64,000 bases of DNA from positions 608,001 to 672,000 of the forward strand of contig CAWFKH010000003.1 of NCBI GenBank assembly GCA_963816355.1, written 5' to 3'. Source of the stretch: an uncultured Gemmatimonadales bacterium. GTDB lineage: Bacteria > Gemmatimonadota > Gemmatimonadetes > Longimicrobiales > RSA9. The notes beneath the pieces were generated by a model, which was not told where the DNA came from, did not search any database, and saw only the letters and a program-made list of their open reading frames with translations. Of the stretch, positions 47,528 to 54,471 are shown piece after piece (the stretch's first letter is position 1; the number at the start of each line of letters is the position of its first letter). The position numbers were made by a program, and so were the translations under genes.

Positions 47528-47587
47528 GCTACGCTCCTTCCGGCCCGCGGGCCGGCGGTCCCACTCGGTTGACGGTTCCGGTCCGCC

Positions 47588-49909
47588 TTACGCCTCGCCG
47601 GGTGTACCCAGCAGCGCAGCGGCGTCCTGCTCGTCGAGCGCTTTCGAGAAGAGAAATCCCTGCGCGTACTCGCAGTGCAGGGCGTTCAGCTCGTCGCACT
47701 GGTCAGCGGTCTCGACCCCCTCGCCGACCACATCCATGCCGAGGCTGTGCGCGAGCGCCACGATCGACCACACCAACTCCTGGTTCGACTCCGCGCTGTC
47801 GAGCCCCTTGATGAAGGAGCGGTCGATCTTCACGGTGTCGAACGGGAACCGGTGCAGGTACCCGAGCGAGCTGTAGCCGGTCCCGAAATCGTCGATCGAG
47901 AGCCGGATGCCGAACGTCTTCAGCCGCTCCAGCGTAACGATCGCGGACTCGGCGTCCTCCATCAATACGCTCTCCGTGATCTCCAGCTTCAGGCTCGAGC
48001 CGGGGAGCCCGGTCTCGCGCAGCGTCGTCTCGATGCGGGAGACGAGGTCGGGCTGGTTGAGCTGCTTCATCGACAGGTTGACGCTCACGGTGAGCGGCGG
48101 CTCGGTCGGAAACGCCGCCTGCCACTGCTGGAGCTGCCGGCACGCCTGCTCGATGAACCACCAGCCGATCGGCACGATCAGGCCGGTCTCCTCCGCCACC
48201 GTCAGGAACTCGCCCGGGCTCAGCATGCCGCGCTCCGGGTGCCGCCAGCGCAGCAGCGCCTCGAAGCCGATCAGCTTGCGATCACGCAGCGCGATGATCG
48301 GCTGGTAGTGGATCGCGAACTCGCCGCGTTCCAGCGCGCGCCGCAGGTCCGTCTCCACCCGCAGCATCTCCATCGCCTGCGCGTGCATGCCCTCGTCGTA
48401 GAGCTCGTAGCGGCCGCGGCCCAGCGCCTTCGCCCGGTACATCGCGATGTCGGCGTCGCGCAGCACGTCCTCCGGCGTCGCGTAGCCGGAGGTGCTGAAG
48501 GCGATCCCTATGCTCGCCGCGCTGAAGAGCTCGTAGCCCGCGATGTGCGACGGCGCCCGCAGCCGTTCCTGCACGCGCTCGGCGACGCGCGTCGCGTCGC
48601 CCTCGTCGTCGATGCCGTCGAGCAAGATCGCGAACTCGTCGCCGCCCAGTCGCGCCACCGTGTCGACCTCGCGCACGCACCCGCCCAGCCGGCTCGCGAT
48701 CTCGACGAGCAGCTCGTCACCGACCAGGTGGCCGAGGCTGTCGTTGACCACCTTGAAGCGGTCCAGGTCGAGGAAGAGCACCGCGAAGCAATGCGTCGGC
48801 TCGCGCCGCGCCTTCCGGATCGACTGCTCCAGGCGGTTCTTGAACAGCGACCGGTTCGGCAGCTCCGTCAGCGCATCGTGCAGCGCGCTCCGGTGCAGCC
48901 GCGCCTCCGCCTCGCGCCGCGCCGTGTCGTCCCGGATCAAGAGCTGCAGACCCTCGCGCCCCGTCGCCGCGTTGCGCCACGCGCTCGCCGAGATGGCGCA
49001 CGCCACGCGCGTGCCGTCCGCCTGCGCCAGCGTCGTCTCGAAATCCCGCACCCGGCCCGTCCGCTCCACTTCCGCCCGCAGCCGCTCGTAATCCGACGCC
49101 GCCCCCAGCAGCTCCCGCGCCCGGCTGCCCACGAGCGCCTCGCCGGCCGCGCCCGCGAGCTCCGCCCCCGCGCGGTTCACCGCCACCACGATCCCACGCC
49201 CGTCGATCAGCCAGACGGCCTCGGGGAACTGCTCGAACAACACCGCCGGAAGCGACGGCGCACGCGCCGCCTCGCGGTCCGCCCGCTCCGTCGCCTGCGC
49301 CGCGACTTCCGCCGCGCGCGCCACCGCCCGCCGCTCCGCGGCCGTCCACTCGCGCGGCCGGCGGTCGAGCACCGCGACCACGCCCGTCGTGTCCCGCTCC
49401 GGAATCGAGAACGGCACCGCCGCCAGCGCGTTCCAGCCGCACTCTCGCAGCCGCCGCACGTCGGCACGTATCCCCTCCTCCGGCCCCGCGGCGTCGCCGC
49501 CCGCCGCGCCCGCGCTACCCGCCGTGCCCGCGCCGCCCGCCGTACCTGCGCCGCCCGCCGTGCCCGCGCCGCCCGCCGTGCCCGCGCCGCCCGCCGTGCC
49601 CGCGCCGCCCGCCGTGCCCGCGCCGCCCGCCGTGCCCGCGCCGCCCGTGAAGAGCTCCGCCGCCGAAGCCGCTACGCCGCGCAGCACCGTGGTCAGCGCG
49701 TCGCGCCGGTCCGGCACGCCCGCCCCCACGAAGAGGCGCTCGCGGCCCGCGCCCAGCACGAGCACGGCGGCGGCCGGCGCGTCCACGGCGTCCGCCAGCA
49801 GGGTGCACACGCCCTCCAGCTCCGTGCCCGCCTCCTTCATGGCGGTCTCCGGCGCGTTCTCGTGCGCGGGCCCCGGGTTGCGGAGCATGGATGCGGCGCT
49901 GTCGCCCAT
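47588..49909 (-). CDS. GAF-PAS-GGDEF-EAL bifunctional diguanylate cyclase/phosphodiesterase
   Basis: HDALTELPNR, DLDRFKVVNDSLGH, REVD I-site, RLGGDEF; YQPI..GFEALLRW, LEITES, DDFGTGYSSL, KIDRSF, EGVET, QGFLFS. Confidence 0.95.
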   Translation of the reverse strand: MGDSAASMLRNPGPAHENAPETAMKEAGTELEGVCTLLADAVDAPAAAVLVLGAGRERLFVGAGVPDRRDALTTVLRGVAASAAELFTGGAGTAGGAGTAGGAGTAGGAGTAGGAGTAGGAGTAGGAGTAGSAGAAGGDAAGPEEGIRADVRRLRECGWNALAAVPFSIPERDTTGVVAVLDRRPREWTAAERRAVARAAEVAAQATERADREAARAPSLPAVLFEQFPEAVWLIDGRGIVVAVNRAGAELAGAAGEALVGSRARELLGAASDYERLRAEVERTGRVRDFETTLAQADGTRVACAISASAWRNAATGREGLQLLIRDDTARREAEARLHRSALHDALTELPNRSLFKNRLEQSIRKARREPTHCFAVLFLDLDRFKVVNDSLGHLVGDELLVEIASRLGGCVREVDTVARLGGDEFAILLDGIDDEGDATRVAERVQERLRAPSHIAGYELFSAASIGIAFSTSGYATPEDVLRDADIAMYRAKALGRGRYELYDEGMHAQAMEMLRVETDLRRALERGEFAIHYQPIIALRDRKLIGFEALLRWRHPERGMLSPGEFLTVAEETGLIVPIGWWFIEQACRQLQQWQAAFPTEPPLTVSVNLSMKQLNQPDLVSRIETTLRETGLPGSSLKLEITESVLMEDAESAIVTLERLKTFGIRLSIDDFGTGYSSLGYLHRFPFDTVKIDRSFIKGLDSAESNQELVWSIVALAHSLGMDVVGEGVETADQCDELNALHCEYAQGFLFSKALDEQDAAALLGTPGEA
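49502..49646 (-). repeat. 18-bp in-frame tandem repeat, (GGAGTA)x7 plus a variant
   Basis: cgccgtgcccgcgccgcc repeated 7 times (one unit has synonymous changes) within the GAF region. Confidence 0.9.
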
Positions 49910-50219
49910 GTCGTTTGTCGCGGTGAGTCCATCGAAAACGGCCGGATCCTGCAGTCAGGCACTCCCACGCGGCCGACGCTTCGGAACGAACTGACGGAAC
50001 TCGAAAAAAGATACCGACTCCGCTGCCGCCCCGTAAAGCGCGCGATCGCTCGATGGAGCGCGTCTCGCACGCTGTCCCAGCGGTGGGAGCAGGACCCGTG
50101 CCCTCCGCGCGAAACTCTCTGAAGTTCCAGTGCAACAACGGCTTGACCCATGCCGCCACACCCCGGGTGTGGCACCCGGGTAACGCTTCGTTGCGGTGCC
50201 CGAGCCGCAATTCGTTCCA

Positions 50220-50235
50220 CGGCGCCAAGCTTGCA
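50220..50235 (+). promoter_or_regulatory. Candidate sigma54 -24/-12 promoter
   Basis: CGGCGCCAAGCTTGCA: GG-N10-GC spacing with TTGCA, ~140 nt upstream of ATG 50375. Confidence 0.35.
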
Positions 50236-50374
50236 TTCCGCCATTGCGGCGGTCGCGCCGTCGTGGCCCACCGCCGCGCCGCGGCCGCGACCGACGGCGT
50301 CCCGAGATCCAGACGGTTTTCCACATGCGCGATGCGACGGGCACGACGCCCGTCGCCGCGCGAGCGAGAGGCGA

Positions 50375-51010
50375 ATGTTGCGACGCGTCTTCAGCGCCCT
50401 CCGGGCGCAGCCGCCGGCGGACCGGCTCGACGAGGAGCTGGCCCGCATCGAGCGCGAGGCGGCCAGCGCGACATCGGACTACATCGCGCTGCTCTTCAGC
50501 CGCGGCGGCGAGCTGTGCGTCGAGCGGGGCGACAAGGGACGCGCCATGCGCTGCTACGGCCGCGCCATCGATGCCTTTCTCGATTGCGGCTACTACGACT
50601 CCGCCGCCGCCATGTGCCGGCGCGTGATCGAGCTCTCGCCCGCGGTCGTGCGCGCCCGCGGCACGCTCGCCTTCCTCTCGCTCGGCGAGGGGCTGCAGTA
50701 CCTGCCCTTCGAGGGCAAGCTCGAGGAGAACGCGCGGCGCGCCGTGGCCGAGTACGTCGAGGCCGCCAAGCGCGCCGGCGTGGAGCATCTCGTCGGCAAG
50801 CGGCTCGAGCTGATGGCGTCCGTCACCGACAACCAGCAGGTCCGCGAGATGATCGGCGAGTACCTCCTCGAGATCGGCGAGCCGACGAGCGCCGACGAGG
50901 TCCTCGGCGCCGTCTACGCCGAGCGCAACCTCCTCGCGTCCGGCCCCGAGGAAGACCAGCGGAAACGCTGGGCGCAGGCGCTGCAGGCTTCGGTCGTGGA
51001 TCAACGCTGA
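50375..51010 (+). CDS. TPR-like helical hypothetical protein
   Basis: GAGG RBS; GELCVERGDKGRAMRCYGRAIDAFL..AAAMCRRVIELSP TPR-like pattern. Confidence 0.7.
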   Translation: MLRRVFSALRAQPPADRLDEELARIEREAASATSDYIALLFSRGGELCVERGDKGRAMRCYGRAIDAFLDCGYYDSAAAMCRRVIELSPAVVRARGTLAFLSLGEGLQYLPFEGKLEENARRAVAEYVEAAKRAGVEHLVGKRLELMASVTDNQQVREMIGEYLLEIGEPTSADEVLGAVYAERNLLASGPEEDQRKRWAQALQASVVDQR

Positions 51011-51546
51011 GCGCTCGCCCTGGCGGGCGAGGGAAGCTTGCCTGGCGGCGAGGGAAGCTCGCCCTGGCGGGCGAGGGAAGCTCGGCTGCGCCGAGGGAAG
51101 CCCACCTTGCGGCGGGGGCCCGCCTGCGGCGGGGAAGCCCGCCTGACGGCGGGGGTCCGCCTTGCGGCGGGGAAAGCTCGGCTGCGCCGAGGGAAGCCCG
51201 CCTTGCGGCGGGGGTCCGCCTGCGGCGGGGAAGCCCGCCTTGCGGCGGGGGTCCGCCTGCGGCGGGGAAGCCCGCCTTGCGGCGGGGGTCCGCCTGCGGC
51301 GGGGAAGCCCGCCTTGCGGCGGGGGTCCGCCTGCGGCGGGGAAGCCCGCCTTGCGGCGGGGGTCCGCCTGCGGCGGGGAAGCCCGCCTTGCGGCGGGGGT
51401 CCGCCTGCGGCGGGGAAGCCCGCCTTGCGGCGGGGGTCCGCCTGCGGCGGGGAAGCCCGCCTTGCGGCGGGGGTCCGCCTGCGGCGGGGAAGCCCGCCTT
51501 GCGGCGGGGTCCGCCTTGCGGCGGGGAAGCTCGGTTGGGCCGAGGG
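51011..51546 (+). repeat. Stem-loop tandem array B, including 8 perfect 37-bp units (51192-51487)
   Basis: Unit ggaag-cccgcc-ttgc-ggcggg-ggt-ccgcc-tgc-ggcgg at 51192, 51229, 51266, 51303, 51340, 51377, 51414 and 51451; variant hairpins at both ends. Confidence 0.95.
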
Positions 51547-51600
51547 ATGCTTTCCCTTTGAGGGGTGAAATGGCGCTCGCCCGGGCGAGGCCACGTCCAT

Positions 51601-51675
51601 TGGATTGGCGGTAGTATAGGGCTGGCGGTCCCAAGGTTGGCGCTGGATTGGCGGTAGCACAGGGCTGGCGGTCCG
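51601..51675 (+). repeat. ~31-bp direct repeat in the spacer between arrays B and C
   Basis: tggattggcggtagtatagggctggcggtcc and tggattggcggtagcacagggctggcggtcc. Confidence 0.8.
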
Positions 51676-51833
51676 CGGGTATTGCCGCCACGTGGCCGCA
51701 GACGCGTCGGCGATGAAACGTCGACGCGAGTGCGAAGGTCCCCGCCGATCTTACGCGACAGCGCCCCGCACATTTCCCGCCGGGCAGGAAAGACTACTCG
51801 TCCGCGAAGAAGCTTTCCCTCAGCAGGCTGAGC

Positions 51834-52292
51834 CTCCCCGCCGCCACGCGGGCATCCCCTCGGCGCAGCCGAGCTTCCCCGCCGCAGGCGGCCCCCGCCG
51901 TCAGGCGGGCATCCCCTCGGCGCAGCCGAGCTTCCCCGCCGCAGGCGGCCCCCGCCGTCAGGCGGGCATCCCCTCGGCGCAGCCGAGCTTCCCCGCCGCA
52001 GGCGGCCCCCGCCGTCAGGCGGGCTTCCCCGCCGCAGGCGGACCCCGCCGCAAGGCGGGCTTCCCCGCCGCAGGCGGCCCCCGCCGTCAGGCGGGCTTCC
52101 CCGCCGCAGGCGGACCCCGCCGCAAGGCGGGCTTCCCCGCCGCAGGCGGACCCCCGCCGCAAGGCGGGCTTCCCCGCCGCAGGCGGACCCCGCCGCAAGG
52201 CGGGCTTCCCTCGGCGCAGCCGAGCTTCCCTCGCCCGCCAGGGCGAGCTTCCCTCGCCGCCAGGCGAGCTTCCCTCGGCGCCAGCCGAGCGC
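51834..52292 (-). repeat. Stem-loop tandem array C (inverted relative to B)
   Basis: Minus strand reads TGA-gcgctcggctggcgccgag-ggaag-ctcgcctggcggcgag-ggaag..., then the same cccgcc-ttgc-ggcggg / ccgcc-tgc-ggcgg units. Confidence 0.95.
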
Positions 52293-52616
52293 TCAGCTAG
52301 CAGCCCCGAAATCCTCGCCGATGCCGTGCATGAGGCTGCTCGTCTCCTTGCCGAAATACGACAGCATCCCGATCAGCAGGATCGCCACCAACGTCAGCAG
52401 GAGGAGCAGCTCGACGAGCCCTTGCCCCCGTCGGCGGCGTGGATCGGCGGCGGAGGCGCCTGCGCGGCGCGGATCGGCGGCGCAGGCGGCGTCATGGCCC
52501 GCGTCGGCGTTCGGCGCGCCGCCTCCGCCGGGCGTCGGCGCGGTCGGCGTCGTGCTCGTGGCGGTTCCGCCGAGGCAGCCGACGGCGTCGCGGAGAAGGC
52601 TTCCGGGCATGGTCAC
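52293..52616 (-). CDS. Flp/Tad-type (type IVc) prepilin-like protein with long leader
   Basis: RRRRG|QGLVELLLLLTLVAILLIGMLSYFG: basic leader, Gly at -1, Glu at +5, hydrophobic helix, short amphipathic tail. Confidence 0.65.
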   Translation of the reverse strand: MTMPGSLLRDAVGCLGGTATSTTPTAPTPGGGGAPNADAGHDAACAADPRRAGASAADPRRRRGQGLVELLLLLTLVAILLIGMLSYFGKETSSLMHGIGEDFGAAS

Positions 52617-52685
52617 TCGATCCGTTCGGGGTGAGGGCCGTCGTGGCCGGCCGTGAATTCGGGGCGTGGGGCGCCGCAGCGCCGA

Positions 52686-53252
52686 TCAGCGTCGGGCGGG
52701 CGCATCCGGTCGGCTGCCGCTCGCGCGGGTAATGCCGCGGGCGCTGTCGCGTGGCGACGTCGGCTGCACCGACTCCGAGCTGCGAGTGGCTCCGCGCGCG
52801 GTCGCGTTGCCGGGCGACGGCGCCGCGCGGCCGGCCGGCGCCGGGTCGCGCGTGCCTGCCGGCGGCGCGAGGTTCGTGGCGGGTGACGGCGCGACGAGGG
52901 CGCCGATCGACGCCGTGCCGAGCGGCGTCGCCAGCGCGGGGGCGGCGGACGACGACGTCGCTTCCGCCCGCGCCGGCGCGCCTCGTCCTTCGTCGCCGAA
53001 GATCGGCGCCAGGCGTTGGCGCACCGTGCGCATCGCGGACGAGGCCTCGATCCCGAGCGCCGACATCCCCGCGAGCGTCACGAGGGTCACGAGCAGCGAG
53101 ACGAGCATCGCTTCGACGGCGTAGCGCTTCGCCCCGCCCGGCGCCTGCTTCCGTCTCGGTGCCCCTTCGTCGACGACGTCCAGCTCCACCGATGCCAATC
53201 CGACCTCCCTCTGCGGCCCACGCCCTTCCCCCGGAACCTGTTCATTCTCCAT
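52686..53252 (-). CDS. Single-TM hypothetical protein, degenerate Flp-pilin-like helix plus Pro/Ala tail
   Basis: AVEAMLVSLLVTLVTLAGMSALG resembles the Flp core; start uncertain (53252 or 53303). Confidence 0.5.
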   Translation of the reverse strand: MENEQVPGEGRGPQREVGLASVELDVVDEGAPRRKQAPGGAKRYAVEAMLVSLLVTLVTLAGMSALGIEASSAMRTVRQRLAPIFGDEGRGAPARAEATSSSAAPALATPLGTASIGALVAPSPATNLAPPAGTRDPAPAGRAAPSPGNATARGATRSSESVQPTSPRDSARGITRASGSRPDAPARR

Positions 53253-53504
53253 GCCGCGCCACGAGCCGCCCTCCAGGCACCGTTTCTCCAGTGAAGACGC
53301 CATGTTCCGACGGCTTCGCCCGCCCGCCCCGTAACGATCCATTGCTGCCCCTCCCGATCGTTCCGTTGCGTCGTCCGCCCGCTCCGCCGCCTCGATCGCC
53401 AGGTTGCCGCCTCGATCGCCAGGGTCGCCACCAGCCTCACCCCGCCAACACACGAAAAGCGGCCACCCCCTGTCGGGAGCAACCGCCCTCCGCCCGCGCA
53501 CGCA

Positions 53505-53794
53505 AAGCCCGAGCCCCCCGCCGCCAGGCGGCTTCCCTCGGCGAAGCCCGAGCCCCCCCGCCGCCAGGCGGCTTCCCTCGGCGAAGCCCGAGCCCCCCCG
53601 CCGCCAGGCGGCCCCCTCGGCGAAGCCCGAGGCCCCCCGCCGCCAGGCGGCTTCCCTCGGCGAAGCCGAGCCTCCCCGCCGTCAGGCGGCCCCCCGCCGT
53701 CAGGCGGGCTTCCCTCGGCGAAGCCGAGCTTCCCTCGGCGCCAGCCGAGCTTCCCTCGCCGGCAGGCGAGCTTCCCTCGGCGCCAGCCGAGCGC
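53505..53794 (-). repeat. Stem-loop tandem array D
   Basis: Minus strand TGA-gcgctcggctggcgccgag-ggaag-ctcgcctgccggcgag-ggaag..., same junction as array C. Confidence 0.92.
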
Positions 53795-54460
53795 TCAGTG
53801 CCAATCGATCGCCGAGAAGATCGACAGCGAGACGCCGATCTGGTGCACCGGTCCGAACGCGGAGCCGTTCAGGTCCTGGAACGGCGACTGGAGCGCGACG
53901 CGGTCGGTCGCCTCGATGCGGAAGCCGATCTGCTGCGAATCGTTCATGCCCCAGCGCAGGTCGGGCAGGATGTCGAAGCCGACGCTGCCGAGCACGGCGA
54001 ACTGGTTCTCGTCGTGGCCGGAGTAGATCGCGCCCGCCTCGCCGATGACGACGCGGGGGCCGGTGCCGACCTGGTAGCTCACGACGCCGACGCCGGCGCC
54101 GATGAACGGCGACACGGTGCGCTCGTCGCTCGCCGGGGCGAGGCGGAGCAGCAGGCTCGCGTCGGCCATCCAGGTGCGGATGTCGCCGACGGCGGAGGCG
54201 CTGCCGAGCTGCAGCGGGCGCTGCGTGAAGGCGCCGCCGATGCGGCCGGCGACGCGCCGGCCCCACCACTTCTCGACGTGCGCGTTGGCGAGCCAGCCGG
54301 CCTGCAGCTTGAGCGCCTGGGGCCCGTCGGCGAGGTTGGTGAAGAAGACGCCGCCGCCGCCCCAGCCGATGTCGGCGTCGTAGTCCTGGGCGGCCGCGCG
54401 CGTCGCGCCCGCGGCGAGCGTCGCGGCCCCCATCAGCAGTACTGCTGCGATCCGTCGCAT
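53795..54460 (-). CDS. Outer-membrane beta-barrel protein (OmpA/Opa-like 8-strand type)
   Basis: AGGAG RBS; signal peptide ending AAA-Q; alternating beta strands (SPFIGAGVGVVSY, IGFRIEATD, HQIGVSLSIF). Confidence 0.75.
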   Translation of the reverse strand: MRRIAAVLLMGAATLAAGATRAAAQDYDADIGWGGGGVFFTNLADGPQALKLQAGWLANAHVEKWWGRRVAGRIGGAFTQRPLQLGSASAVGDIRTWMADASLLLRLAPASDERTVSPFIGAGVGVVSYQVGTGPRVVIGEAGAIYSGHDENQFAVLGSVGFDILPDLRWGMNDSQQIGFRIEATDRVALQSPFQDLNGSAFGPVHQIGVSLSIFSAIDWH

Positions 54461-54471
54461 CGTCGTCTCTC

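Noticed and set aside
51011..52292. CRISPR array
   Set aside because: The 37-bp units are contiguous with no unique spacers, and there are no cas genes in the window
49955..52300. Long R/P/G/A-rich ORFs across the arrays (49955-51691, 50823-51773, 51692-52300 etc.)
   Set aside because: They are translations of stop-poor GC repeats in multiple frames, with no RBS or coding bias
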